Shown: one piece after another, positions 46,429 through 56,059 of the stretch | Layout of the letters: each line of letters opens with the position of its first letter | Position numbering within the stretch: position 1 is the stretch's first letter | Origin: a bacterium | Lineage (GTDB): Bacteria > Patescibacteriota > Minisyncoccia > UBA6257 > GWB1-50-10 | Assembly (NCBI GenBank): GCA_021801565.1 | Contig: JAJYXV010000003.1 | Span: 68,894-132,893 of the forward strand | Direction of reading: 5' to 3' | Length of the DNA stretch: 64,000 bases | Notes under the pieces: generated by a model | What the model was told of the DNA's origin: nothing | What the model saw: only the letters and a program-made list of their open reading frames with translations | Databases searched by the model: none | Position numbers and translations under genes: made by a program

Positions 46429-46707
46429 ATGGAAGGAATATATTCTTTGTATCTCTCAGGGAAAAATAAACCTGAAGATCTTTTACAATCACAAAATGAA
46501 AGGATATATATCATGTCTGAGGAGAACAAAGATCGCAGTAATCTTCTGCCAGAAGATGGCACAACCGTACCTTCTGAGAGAGAAAAAATGAAAAATTCGG
46601 AAGAACAAACTTCGCTTTTTTCAAATTTCATTCAACGTTCTATACAAGGATCGTTTGGAGAAGAATACTACACAATCGACGAACACTATATGAGAATACA
46701 AGGATAG
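46429..46707 (+). CDS. Small acidic hypothetical protein (probable start at the Met at 46513, 64 aa)
   Basis: AAGGA RBS 8 nt before the ATG at 46513, with a terminator hairpin aacccctt-tttataa-ggggtt and T-run immediately after the stop. Confidence 0.3.
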   Translation: MEGIYSLYLSGKNKPEDLLQSQNERIYIMSEENKDRSNLLPEDGTTVPSEREKMKNSEEQTSLFSNFIQRSIQGSFGEEYYTIDEHYMRIQG

Positions 46708-46773
46708 TGTTCGTGCAACAACCCCTTTTTATAAGGGGTTTTCTTTTGGCTCAATTTTTATTGTATAAGAAAG

Positions 46774-47715
46774 ATGATAATATATGCGTATACAATGATG
46801 AACAAAAAACGCATTTTTATTGTAGCCGGAGTGCTTGTAATACTTTCAGCAATAGGAAGCGGGGGATATCTTTTTTGGAATGTACATGAGGAAAACCTAA
46901 TTCTTAGGAGTGAATTATCGGGAATGAATGAATCATTAAAACTAACGAAGGAGAATTTTTTTCGTTCAAGAATTGAAAATGCCGATTTGAGTGATAGAAA
47001 TAAAAATCTTTCACAAACTGTTCGTGAACAACTTGATAAAAATACAGCTCTTGAAACACAAGTCATGGATATTTCTGGGGTGGTGCAGAATATATCCGGA
47101 ACGGTGGGAACACTTCAAAAATTGAGTCAGACCGATAAAGAGCTTCTCAAAAAATATTCAAAAGTATATTTTCTGAGTGAAAACTATATTCCATCGAGAC
47201 TTGTGGATATAAAGAGTGAATTCCTCTTGGATAAAAGTGCACCGAAACAAATTCATGCGGGTGTTGATGTATTTCTTACTGATATGCTGCAGGAAGCAAG
47301 CAGTACGGGAATTAGCTTAAAAATCGTTTCTGCATATCGATCGTTTTACGATCAAATATCGGTGAAAACCGGGTATAAGATGATTTATGGGTCCGGGGCA
47401 AACCAATTTTCGGCAGATCAGGGATATTCGGAACATCAGTTAGGGACAACGGTTGATATTACCACTTCAAAATTAAAAACACTCACAACGCAATTTGATA
47501 GAGATATTGCATATAAATGGCTTACGGAGAATGCATATCGATTTGGGTTTGTGCTCTCATATCCAAAAGGGAATTCATATTATCAATATGAACCGTGGCA
47601 TTGGCGATTTGTTGGTGTTGGACTTGCAACGAGATTACATGAAGAGGGGAAATATTTTTATGATCTTACTCAACGCGAAATTGATGACTATCTTGTCTCT
47701 ATTTTTGACAGGTAA
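46774..47715 (+). CDS. D-alanyl-D-alanine carboxypeptidase, VanY / peptidase M15B family
   Basis: SAYRSFYDQ, SEHQLGTTVDI and EPWHWRFVG zinc-peptidase motifs. N-terminal TM plus coiled coil. Confidence 0.8.
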   Translation: MIIYAYTMMNKKRIFIVAGVLVILSAIGSGGYLFWNVHEENLILRSELSGMNESLKLTKENFFRSRIENADLSDRNKNLSQTVREQLDKNTALETQVMDISGVVQNISGTVGTLQKLSQTDKELLKKYSKVYFLSENYIPSRLVDIKSEFLLDKSAPKQIHAGVDVFLTDMLQEASSTGISLKIVSAYRSFYDQISVKTGYKMIYGSGANQFSADQGYSEHQLGTTVDITTSKLKTLTTQFDRDIAYKWLTENAYRFGFVLSYPKGNSYYQYEPWHWRFVGVGLATRLHEEGKYFYDLTQREIDDYLVSIFDR

Positions 47716-47727
47716 GGAATATTAAAA

Positions 47728-48645
47728 ATGAAATATATCACAAAATTTTTAGAATCCTATATTACCGTTCTTTTCGTTTCTTTGTTGGCGGGGATTGGGT
47801 TATATAAATATACAATTTATATTGCTCCATATAGCACCATATTTCTCGGTATTATCTTCTTTTTCAGTGCATTGAAAATTGATCTCAAGGAAGCGTTCGT
47901 ATATTTTTCTGATTTTAAAATGGTGATTATTTCGAATGTATTTATGTTGATTGCACTTCCCACAGTTACATATATAGTAATGCAATTTATTTATCCTCCA
48001 CTTGCCGTTGCATTTTTGATACTTGCTTCTATGCCATCGGGGATGACCTCGCCGTTTCTTTCTGAAATCGTCGGAGGAACCGAAAGTTTGGCGCTTGTGC
48101 TTGCTATCTCTACTTCATTTTTTGCACCTCTTACCATTCCACTTATGATTCAATTGTTTGCGGGAACCGAAGTGAGTGTCGGATTTATGACAATGTTTTT
48201 GTCGCTCGCGAAAGTGATTTTTATTCCGTTTATTCTCGCTAATATCGTAAAATATTTCTGGAATAATGAAGTCCAAAAATTAAATACAAAAACAAAACCA
48301 ATTTCTATGATATGTTTAGGACTTTTGATTATTGGTATTGTTTCGAAACAGGCAGAAGTGATTCTCTCAAGTATTCAGGGAGGGCATTCATTAATATATC
48401 TCATTGCGCTATTTCTGCTCTTTATTGCATTTCATTTTCTGGGTTATTTCGTTGTATTTTGGAAAGACAAAAAAGAACGCATAACTATTGCGGTTTGCCT
48501 CACATATCTCAATTTTACGCTTGCAGTATATCTGGTAGATCAATTTTTCCATGCGCCGAATATTCTTATTCCGATCATTCTTTCGGTTCTCCCGTGGTCA
48601 ATTCTTATAGTTCCATTTAAATACTTTGCTCGGAAGATTGTATAG
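47728..48645 (+). CDS. Bile acid:sodium symporter (BASS/SBF-like) family transporter
   Basis: Polytopic membrane protein with BASS-like helices. The family call is from overall pattern only. Confidence 0.6.
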   Translation: MKYITKFLESYITVLFVSLLAGIGLYKYTIYIAPYSTIFLGIIFFFSALKIDLKEAFVYFSDFKMVIISNVFMLIALPTVTYIVMQFIYPPLAVAFLILASMPSGMTSPFLSEIVGGTESLALVLAISTSFFAPLTIPLMIQLFAGTEVSVGFMTMFLSLAKVIFIPFILANIVKYFWNNEVQKLNTKTKPISMICLGLLIIGIVSKQAEVILSSIQGGHSLIYLIALFLLFIAFHFLGYFVVFWKDKKERITIAVCLTYLNFTLAVYLVDQFFHAPNILIPIILSVLPWSILIVPFKYFARKIV

Positions 48646-48648
48646 GTG

Positions 48649-49554
48649 TTAAAGGAGAAAATATACTCCGGCGAAAATGAGGGCAATTGAAAACACTCGT
48701 TGGATGATGGTTGTTCTATCGAGTGTTTCTTTTCCGATTTGTGGAAAGAAAAGGGTGAGAATAATACCATAAATAAAAACAACAAGCGGTTGTACTCCAT
48801 TGATCACCCAGACAAGCGCAAGTGGGGCTAACAAACTCGCAAAGTTCGCAAGAAGTTTTGCAATAATATTCAAAAGTTCTGCGATTGAATTTAATCCAAG
48901 CACCATAAGTCTGCTTTTTGCAATAGTTGCAAAAAACTGTTTTCGATAGAGAGGAATACAGACAAGGAGAAATATTCCAAAAATTGTTCCGCCAATATAC
49001 TCCCAAAATGCCGTACCCCAAAAATTTTCTTCAAGTGCAATCATTTTAAAAATAAGTCCATTTATAGCAAGCATGAACGTGGAAAGTAGCATCCATAAAA
49101 ATGGTTTTAATTTGAATTGAATGTGTACTGAAAGATCAAGTGAAATAATAACGCCGCCCGCAATAACAAGAAGGGAAGAAAATATCTGTTGTGTGGTGAG
49201 ATGTTCATTAAGAAATACGAGAGCAAGAAAATAGCCGAATACAGGGATGATTTGAAAGAGTGCGGTGATCATTGATGGTTCTTCACGTTCTAGTGCATGA
49301 AGATAGGGAATAAACGAAGCGACAAGTAGTGCTCCATTTATTGCAATAATTATTGCATTGAAAACGCTCACTGAAAGAGCGCTTGAATAAAACAAAGCAA
49401 TAAAAATTGAGAATATAAATCCGCTCAAACTTGTAAATATCACAAGTGAGCCGACACCCTTCCCGCTAAAATATTTTGAGATAATGAACTTGTCAACATG
49501 ATTCACTATCCCCCAAAGCATTGGCGCTGCAAGCGCGATCCAAAACCATCGCAT
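48649..49554 (-). CDS. EamA-like drug/metabolite transporter (DMT superfamily)
   Basis: 10-TM protein with duplicated EamA-type halves. Confidence 0.7.
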   Translation of the reverse strand: MRWFWIALAAPMLWGIVNHVDKFIISKYFSGKGVGSLVIFTSLSGFIFSIFIALFYSSALSVSVFNAIIIAINGALLVASFIPYLHALEREEPSMITALFQIIPVFGYFLALVFLNEHLTTQQIFSSLLVIAGGVIISLDLSVHIQFKLKPFLWMLLSTFMLAINGLIFKMIALEENFWGTAFWEYIGGTIFGIFLLVCIPLYRKQFFATIAKSRLMVLGLNSIAELLNIIAKLLANFASLLAPLALVWVINGVQPLVVFIYGIILTLFFPQIGKETLDRTTIIQRVFSIALIFAGVYFLL

Positions 49555-49795
49555 AATATGAATATACTATAAGTTACTCATATATCATATATATCTATAC
49601 TTTATTTTCTCCATTGGACATTTTGGTGGTATAAATTTTATCGCCTACTATTTAACAGGTGAAAAAGACAGAAGAAAAATTTATAACGGAGAAATAGATA
49701 ATGAACATTTAGTTTTAGCAAAAAATATAGAAGAATTTCTAGAAAAATCGTTACCATCTGAAATTACTGAAATGAAGATTCCTAAAATACCAATT

Positions 49796-49836
49796 AAATA
49801 AACCACTCCGCACTGAAAGTGCGGAGTGGTTTATTT
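49796..49836. terminator. Bidirectional terminator, perfect 18-bp stem with A-run and T-run
   Basis: aaataaaccactccgcac-tgaaa-gtgcggagtggtttattt. Confidence 0.6.
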
Positions 49837-49837
49837 G

Positions 49838-49899
49838 CTGCGGGACTAGGAGTCGGACCTAGATACCGGGATTCAAAGTCCCGTGTCCTACCATTAGAC
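49838..49899 (-). pseudogene. Partial tRNA-Gln copy (62 nt, D-arm to 3' end, no 5' acceptor strand), abutted by the palindrome CCTGCCTGCGCAGGCAGG
   Basis: Identical to nt 49951-50012 of the intact tRNA-Gln, but the 5' side reads gcaggcag instead of TGCGGGATC and cannot pair with the 3' acceptor strand. Confidence 0.5.
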
Positions 49900-49950
49900 C
49901 TGCCTGCGCAGGCAGGCGATCCTCAAATGAATATAAACTCTCGATCACAG

Positions 49951-50021
49951 CTGCGGGACTAGGAGTCGGACCTAGATACCGGGATTCAAAGTCCCGTGTC
50001 CTACCATTAGACGATCCCGCA
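49951..50021 (-). tRNA. tRNA-Gln (anticodon TTG), CCA not encoded, atypical T-loop TCCGACT
   Basis: Minus-strand reading: TGCGGGA-TC-GTCT-AATGGTA-GGAC-A-CGGGA-CTTTGAA-TCCCG-GTAT-CTAGG-TCCGACT-CCTAG-TCCCGCA-G. All stems pair. Position 55 is C rather than U. Confidence 0.7.
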
Positions 50022-50028
50022 GCCGTGA

Positions 50029-50298
50029 TCACGAATTTTTTTTATATTGTTTTATTAATTTTTCTTTTTCAATTCTTTTATCTTTGAGTCTTCGTTCATA
50101 GTTTCTCGCTTCATATTCACTCAAAAATTCTCTAATAAAAACAAGTTCAAAAGGTCGATATGATCTTGTTGATCGTGTTTTTCCTAGATTACGCTCTTCG
50201 ATACGCCTACCGATATTGTCGGTGCTTCCAATATAATACCAGTTCCTTTCGCAACTTTTTAACATGTAGACAAACCACATGTAAGGTAAAAATACCAA
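50029..50298 (-). CDS. GIY-YIG nuclease domain protein (89 aa), second paralog
   Basis: VYMLKSCERNWYYIGSTDNIGRRIEERN GIY-YIG signature. Immediately 5' of tRNA-Gln on the same strand. Confidence 0.75.
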   Translation of the reverse strand: MVFLPYMWFVYMLKSCERNWYYIGSTDNIGRRIEERNLGKTRSTRSYRPFELVFIREFLSEYEARNYERRLKDKRIEKEKLIKQYKKNS

Positions 50299-50302
50299 TA
50301 AA

Positions 50303-51412
50303 TTAGACTATTTTCAACTGCTCTATAATCGCTGTCTCAAGCGGAATGATAGGGAATTGGCTGTAGCGCATCTGGCCATAGGCGGTGATAAGCGATTGGA
50401 TGAGTCCGGTGTGTGCATCGGTGAAAAGTTTTGAGTGTGCAAGAAGTATTTTCAGATGATCTTCCGAAAGTTCTTTCGTCATAAGTTCTGCCATACTTGG
50501 TGCGTATTTTAAGACTGCAACACGACGAAGATATTGGAGAAGATCTTTGGTGAATTGCGGAAGGTTGTATCCGCCATTTTCGATGTGGGAAAGCGCGACA
50601 AGTGATTTATCGAGATTTTTTTTGAGTAATAATTCTGCGAACTCGGAAAGTTTTCCGAATCCTACCTTCCCAATTGTTTTTTCCACATCTTCAAGAGATA
50701 TCTCTCCTTTTCCGAATGAAATGAGTTGATCAAGAAGCGATTCAGCATCGCGGAAACTTCCTTCGGCCGATGTGGCAATAAGATCAAGCGCGTCGGGAGA
50801 AATTTCTATTTTTTCATTTTTGATTATTTTTGTAAGTTTCTCGATGATCCGTTTTACCGTGACTCGCTCAAAGAAAAACTGCTGTGTGCGTGAACTGATT
50901 GTTGAGGGGACGCGATCCACCTCGGTGGTTGCGAGTATAATAACAATGTATTCCGGCGGTTCTTCAAGTGTTTTCAAAAGTGCATTCCATGCATCTTTTG
51001 TGAGCATGTGGGCTTCATCAATGATGAACACTTTATATCGTCCTATATTTGGCCCAACACGAATTCCTTCTTTTAAATTTCTAATTTCATCAATTCCACG
51101 GTTTGATGCGCCATCAATTTCTATCGTGTCCAAACTTCGTCCTTCGTCGATTTCTTTGCATGTTTTACATTCATTGCACGGTTCTCCTTTTTTCCTGAAT
51201 ATTGCGTCTTTCATACGTGTTTCGCAGTTTGCAATTTTTGCGATAAGACGCGCGGTTGTTGTTTTTCCCGTGCCACGCGGTCCCGCAAAAAGGTATGCGT
51301 GCGAAAGTTTATCGCGTTTTGCCGCTTCTTTTAAAATACGAACAATTATTTCTTGTCCTAGAAGATCATTGAATGTTGCGGGACGATATTTTCGATATAT
51401 AGCGATGGGCAT
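50303..51412 (-). CDS. dnaX: DNA polymerase III subunit gamma/tau, short form
   Basis: YRPATFNDLLGQE...YLFAGPRGTGKTT AAA+ clamp-loader motifs and a zinc module CNECKTC. Confidence 0.9.
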   Translation of the reverse strand: MPIAIYRKYRPATFNDLLGQEIIVRILKEAAKRDKLSHAYLFAGPRGTGKTTTARLIAKIANCETRMKDAIFRKKGEPCNECKTCKEIDEGRSLDTIEIDGASNRGIDEIRNLKEGIRVGPNIGRYKVFIIDEAHMLTKDAWNALLKTLEEPPEYIVIILATTEVDRVPSTISSRTQQFFFERVTVKRIIEKLTKIIKNEKIEISPDALDLIATSAEGSFRDAESLLDQLISFGKGEISLEDVEKTIGKVGFGKLSEFAELLLKKNLDKSLVALSHIENGGYNLPQFTKDLLQYLRRVAVLKYAPSMAELMTKELSEDHLKILLAHSKLFTDAHTGLIQSLITAYGQMRYSQFPIIPLETAIIEQLKIV

Positions 51413-51508
51413 ATGAAATTATTATAACTAATAACCGACAACCTACAACTCACAATAAAATAAGGAATAAGTTCGTACTTATCAAAAAATACTATATACT
51501 TACTATAT

Positions 51509-51964
51509 ATGGCAGATTTTATACTCAAATGTTCATTATTTAAGGAAGATGGAATAATTCCTGCACGCTACACGTGCGATGGAGAAAATATAAATCCGCT
51601 TTTGGAAATTAGAGGAGTGCCCAAAGAAGCAAAAAGTTTGGTGCTTATTATGGACGATCCTGACGCGACGAATGGAAAGGTATGGGATCACTGGATTCTA
51701 TGGAATATTAATCCAAAGACACAATACATTTCGGAAGATTCTCTTCCACTTGATGTGGTGGTTGGAATGAACAGCTGGGGAAGTGCCCGGTATGGAGGTC
51801 CATGTCCACCACATGGCACTGTACCACATCGGTATATGTTTAAATTATATGCACTTGATGTTGTTCTTGATTTTCCTTCTGATACAAAAAAGCAGGAACT
51901 AGAACGAGCGATTGAAAGTCATGTGATTGCACGGACAGATCTCATGGGAAAATATGGAAGGTAA
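51509..51964 (+). CDS. PEBP-family protein (YbhB/YbcL-like)
   Basis: DPDAT...HW...GGPCPPHGTVPHRYMFKLYALD PEBP signature. Confidence 0.8.
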   Translation: MADFILKCSLFKEDGIIPARYTCDGENINPLLEIRGVPKEAKSLVLIMDDPDATNGKVWDHWILWNINPKTQYISEDSLPLDVVVGMNSWGSARYGGPCPPHGTVPHRYMFKLYALDVVLDFPSDTKKQELERAIESHVIARTDLMGKYGR

Positions 51965-52003
51965 ATAACATTCCAATGTTCTTGAGAACATTGGAATGTT
52001 ATT
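51964..52003. promoter_or_regulatory. 40-nt palindrome (core AATGTTCTTGAGAACATT, the reverse complement of the 28964 core) at the start of the 51976 gene
   Basis: aataacattccaatgttc-ttga-gaacattggaatgttatt, with 18-bp arms. Confidence 0.4.
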
Positions 52004-52410
52004 ATATAAATATGAAACAGCCACAAAATGATTCAAAATATGAGTGGACTGGGCACGCATGGGAAAAGATGCAATATTATGGAATCTCCGAAGGGAGAAT
52101 AAAACGCATTATCCGTTTTCCTTCGCGCATTGAAGAAGGAATTGCTGAAAATACAGTTGCGGTGATGCAGCCCGCAGGCACAAAAAACTATCAGGAGATA
52201 TGGGTGATGTACACGCTCGCGCAAGCACGAGCAAATCTCAAATCTCAAAAATCAAATCTCAAAGGTAAGATAGAAAATAATCTAAAACAATTTTTAGGGA
52301 ATTCTGGGAAAAAATTTCGAATTATCACCGCGTGGCGATATCCTGGAAAAAGTTCAGAAAGAGATCCTATTCCTGAAGACATTATGATAGAAATCAAAAG
52401 TTTGCTTTGA
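51976..52410 (+). CDS. Hypothetical protein (likely start at the Met at 52012)
   Basis: ORF with no known motif. The first 12 codons lie inside the palindrome. Confidence 0.45.
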   Translation: MFLRTLECYYINMKQPQNDSKYEWTGHAWEKMQYYGISEGRIKRIIRFPSRIEEGIAENTVAVMQPAGTKNYQEIWVMYTLAQARANLKSQKSNLKGKIENNLKQFLGNSGKKFRIITAWRYPGKSSERDPIPEDIMIEIKSLL

Positions 52411-52961
52411 ATAGTAATATGTCAGGAAGATCAATAAAAAGAATATTAGATCAGAAATTTTTCAATCGTGATACAATCTTGGTGGCAAAAGAACTTCTTG
52501 GAAAAACACTTGTAAGAAAAATAAGGGGGAAAGAAATGAAATGCATAATTACAGAAACGGAAGTATATGATGGATTTTATGACAAAGCATCTCATGCTTC
52601 GCGCGGAAAAACAAAACGAAACATAATTATGTTTGGTCCCGCAGGATATTGGTACATATATTTTACCTACGGAATGCATTGGATGCTTAATATTGTTACG
52701 CGTGAAAAAGAATATCCTGCTGCGATACTAATTCGCGGTGCAGTTACAGAAGACGGAAGGATACTTAATGGTCCAGCGAAGCTTACAAAATTTTTGCATA
52801 TCGATAGGAAGTTGAATGGAAAAAAAGCTGAGAAAAAAAATAACTTGTGGTTTGAGAAAGGAGGAGAGGTGCCAAGGTTAAATATAAAAATGTCTGCACG
52901 TATAGGCATTAACTATGCCGGAATGTATTGGTCAAAACGTAAATTGAGATTTTATTATTAA
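52407..52961 (+). CDS. mpg: DNA-3-methyladenine glycosylase (Mpg/AAG family)
   Basis: LLGKTLVRK...ITETEVYDG...DKASHASRGKTKRN...MFGPAGYWYIYFTYGMHWMLNIV matches the Mpg fold. Confidence 0.8.
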   Translation: MNSNMSGRSIKRILDQKFFNRDTILVAKELLGKTLVRKIRGKEMKCIITETEVYDGFYDKASHASRGKTKRNIIMFGPAGYWYIYFTYGMHWMLNIVTREKEYPAAILIRGAVTEDGRILNGPAKLTKFLHIDRKLNGKKAEKKNNLWFEKGGEVPRLNIKMSARIGINYAGMYWSKRKLRFYY

Positions 52962-52996
52962 AAAAGACGTCTTAAATAGAAACGTCTTTTTTATAC
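52962..52996. terminator. Bidirectional terminator
   Basis: aaaaaagacgtct-taaatagaa-acgtctttttt between convergent genes. Confidence 0.55.
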
Positions 52997-53632
52997 ATAT
53001 CGTTTTATAATATGATGTATGCGGACAAAAAATTCTCTCAATAACCAAAAAAATATATTTCGCGTCCACCATTGCAACGAATTTCTATCAAAACTCTTTG
53101 GTTGGACTTCTGAAACAAATGGAAATTTCCCAGAAAGTTTTTTTACCATGCATGCCACTCTTACAATTTGCATTTTATGTGCGGCAACAATCGGATGAGA
53201 TAATTTTTTTTCTTCCATTGCCTTGAGTGATGCAATAACAACCGATCGTGTATCAAAATATTTACTTTCTTCAGGCGGCCAAATACAGGTGATGTACTTT
53301 TTGTTTCTCTCATACCAATCACTTGGAAATGCAACGGCAATTTCCCATTGCACTATCGCTGGAATATAGCGCCTTTGCATGTAATCCATTATTCCATTAG
53401 CAATTTCTTTATTCGGTTTTCCGGGGTCAAAATTTTTTGTGCGTATCCACTCAAGTATTTTTTCATCTGATTCAAATTCATTGAATTTTTCATTAAGTAT
53501 TTTCAGATCTGTTTCAGTGAAAGAATTTCTTCCGAATGCCTGGGCGAGCATTACGTCTCCCTCATATATTTTCTTGCTTTCAGGCATGCCGCACCAGAAA
53601 AAGGTGTATCGGATGAGGTTTTTGAGTTTCAT
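52991..53632 (-). CDS. Hypothetical protein (213 aa)
   Basis: ORF with no motif I can confidently assign. Confidence 0.45.
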   Translation of the reverse strand: MKLKNLIRYTFFWCGMPESKKIYEGDVMLAQAFGRNSFTETDLKILNEKFNEFESDEKILEWIRTKNFDPGKPNKEIANGIMDYMQRRYIPAIVQWEIAVAFPSDWYERNKKYITCIWPPEESKYFDTRSVVIASLKAMEEKKLSHPIVAAHKMQIVRVACMVKKLSGKFPFVSEVQPKSFDRNSLQWWTRNIFFWLLREFFVRIHHIIKRYV

Positions 53633-53830
53633 GTTTTTCCCCTTATATAATTGATAAATTCTATGTTTATCATAGTATTAAGTTATATAAGTTCAAGGAT
53701 TCTATTTATCCCGTTAAAAACAATAAAAACATAGAAACAAAGATGAATACCATAATTATGCAAATATATGTATCCAAAAAGGTCTTATTTAGAACATACG
53801 GAAGTGTAGACATTTCCTGTTTCTAACGGG

Positions 53831-54847
53831 ATGAAATTATCAATTGGCATTGTAGGTCTTCCTAATGTGGGGAAATCAACGCTTTTTAAGGCTCTGACCG
53901 CACAGGAAGTGCATATCGCAAATTATCCGTTTGCGACGATTGATCCAAATGTAGGAGTAGTGCCAGTTCCTGATGAGCGGGTTGATGCACTTGCAAAATT
54001 AAGTAATTCAAAAAAGAAAGTTCCTGCAGTTGTCGAGTTTTACGATATTGCGGGACTTGTGAAAGGAGCAAATCAGGGTGAGGGATTGGGAAATCAATTT
54101 CTTTCGCACATTCGTGAATGCAAAGCGGTGGTGCAAGTGGTTCGCTGTTTTTCTTCGGGAGAAATTATTCATGTCGAAGGTAACACAAATCCAGAAAGAG
54201 ACATTGATATCATCAACACCGAGTTATTATTAAAAGATCTTGATACGATTGAGAAACGATATCACAAAGCAGAGTCGGAAGCGCGAAGCGGAAAAAAAGA
54301 AATGGTGGTGGTGCGGGATGCACTTAAAAAAATAAAAGATGAAATTGAAAAAGGGGTTCCTCTTTTCACGCTCCCAAATCATTCTGAAATTCTTGAAAGT
54401 ATTAAAATGATTGGAGATTTAGGATTATTAACTGCAAAGGCACAAATTTTTCTTTTAAACGGAAATGAAAGCGATGTAAGCGACGCACTCAAAGAAAAAA
54501 TAAAAAAGATGAACGCGGAGTATGTAATTGCCGATTTGAGTTCGGGAAATGCCATTCCGGAACTTATTAAGAGTGCATATAAAATTTTGGATCTTATGAG
54601 TTTTCTTACTACCGGAGAAGATGAAACACGTGCATGGACAATTGAGAGAGGATCAAAAGCACCACAAGCGGCAGGTACCATTCACACTGATTTTGAGCAG
54701 AAATTTATACGGGCTGAAGTTATTTCGTACGAAAAACTTGTGCAGGCGGGCGGATGGGTGCAGGCAAAACAAAAGGGCTGGTTACGCCTTGAGGGAAAAG
54801 ATTATATTGTACAGGACGGAGATGTAATGGTAATAAGACATGGATAA
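53831..54847 (+). CDS. ychF: Ribosome-binding ATPase YchF (Obg-like)
   Basis: GIVGLPNVGKSTLFKALT G1 motif, NYPFATIDPNVG, and a C-terminal TGS domain. Confidence 0.9.
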   Translation: MKLSIGIVGLPNVGKSTLFKALTAQEVHIANYPFATIDPNVGVVPVPDERVDALAKLSNSKKKVPAVVEFYDIAGLVKGANQGEGLGNQFLSHIRECKAVVQVVRCFSSGEIIHVEGNTNPERDIDIINTELLLKDLDTIEKRYHKAESEARSGKKEMVVVRDALKKIKDEIEKGVPLFTLPNHSEILESIKMIGDLGLLTAKAQIFLLNGNESDVSDALKEKIKKMNAEYVIADLSSGNAIPELIKSAYKILDLMSFLTTGEDETRAWTIERGSKAPQAAGTIHTDFEQKFIRAEVISYEKLVQAGGWVQAKQKGWLRLEGKDYIVQDGDVMVIRHG

Positions 54848-54920
54848 TCTGAAAAATTATCTTTCACCAGAACAAATATTGAAGTAGGGACGTATTGTCG
54901 TAGGAAACGAAGATTTATGA

Positions 54921-55367
54921 CTAAATTTTAATTGAAGATGTTTTTTTTGATGAAAGAACGAAAAGCGCAAGTGCCGATGTTATAAGCCCAAAGTCTTTAT
55001 ATGTTGATAAATCAACTCCGTTTATTATAAGTGCAAGAAGAAATTGCCAAAATAAAATGAATGAGAAAAATCTTACAAAGATGCCGGCGAGCAAGCATAT
55101 TCCGGCGATAATTTGAAATGCTGAAAATATTTTTACAAAAAGAGCTAAATTTGGGAGGAATAAAAAAAAGTTTGTAAGAAATGGAAATAATTCTCCTTGG
55201 TCTGAAAATATGGAGAGACCTATGTAGATAAGCACAAATCCGAGACCAAGTCGTAATATATGATCAGGATGTATCTCTAATTTCTTTAACATATTCTTCA
55301 TTTCATTATACAATAAGAAGCATGGATGCTGTGTATGAGTTAAAATTAGAGTCATATAAAGGACCAC
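54921..55367 (-). CDS. DoxX-like small membrane protein
   Basis: Four hydrophobic helices. The start may be an internal Met. Confidence 0.5.
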   Translation of the reverse strand: MVLYMTLILTHTQHPCFLLYNEMKNMLKKLEIHPDHILRLGLGFVLIYIGLSIFSDQGELFPFLTNFFLFLPNLALFVKIFSAFQIIAGICLLAGIFVRFFSFILFWQFLLALIINGVDLSTYKDFGLITSALALFVLSSKKTSSIKI

Positions 55368-56041
55368 TTGAAAAACTTCTTGAACTTATTGAAGAAAAAA
55401 AGATGGAAATCACTTCCGTAAACATTGCTGAGGTAACGGGAGATTTTTTGCAGTATATTGAGACATTTGGGACGGATGAAAAAACACGGGAGTATATTGC
55501 CGACTTCCTTGTTGTGGCATCAAAGCTTATTCTTATTAAATCAAAAGTGCTTCTTCCTTCCCTTCCTCTTACTGAAGAGGAGGAGTCTGAGATATCAAAT
55601 TTTGAAGCCCGCCTGAAACTTTACCAGGAATTAAAACATATGCAGCCATACATAAAGAATAATTGGAAAGAATTTCCACAGATGATGCATCGTGAATTCC
55701 TTATGACCATGGGTCCTCTTTTTTATCCACCAAAGCATCTTACTTCAGAAGATTTATATAATTCCATTCAAAAAGCATTTGGAGAATTACAAAAAATATT
55801 ACGTCCGGTAGAAATCATAAAAGCTGAAATAATCAATCTCAAAGAAAAAATAAATGAAGTATTTTCACGCCTTACCGATTCGCCAATGCTCTTCAAAAAC
55901 TTAAGGGAGGGAAAAACAAAGGGGGAGGTAGTGGTGCTTTTTCTCGCAATTTTACATCTTATTAAGGACCAACTTATTCACGTTGAGCAAGAGAAACATT
56001 TTGCCGATATGACTGTTGCAAAAACACAAAAAAGTCAATAA
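55322..56041 (+). CDS. scpA: Segregation and condensation protein A
   Basis: YELKLESYKGPLEKLLELIEEKKMEI matches the ScpA N-terminus. Confidence 0.8.
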   Translation: MDAVYELKLESYKGPLEKLLELIEEKKMEITSVNIAEVTGDFLQYIETFGTDEKTREYIADFLVVASKLILIKSKVLLPSLPLTEEEESEISNFEARLKLYQELKHMQPYIKNNWKEFPQMMHREFLMTMGPLFYPPKHLTSEDLYNSIQKAFGELQKILRPVEIIKAEIINLKEKINEVFSRLTDSPMLFKNLREGKTKGEVVVLFLAILHLIKDQLIHVEQEKHFADMTVAKTQKSQ

Positions 56042-56059
56042 CATACAATAAGTTTTTAT

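Noticed and set aside
46185-46631. 148-aa minus-strand ORF in the 46218-46770 spacer
   Set aside because: It runs across two plus-strand intrinsic terminators. A plus-strand small ORF with an RBS (46513-46707) explains the region better.
49555-49795. Possible plus-strand promoter or small ORF upstream of the tRNA-Gln terminator
   Set aside because: The TTGGACA...TATAAAT spacing is wrong (about a 9-nt spacer), and only 3-9-codon ORFs are present. It is treated as the untranslated upstream region of the minus-strand EamA gene.
50772-51416. 214-aa plus-strand ORF
   Set aside because: Antisense to dnaX (AAA+ motifs unambiguous on the minus strand). Ser/Ile-rich junk translation.
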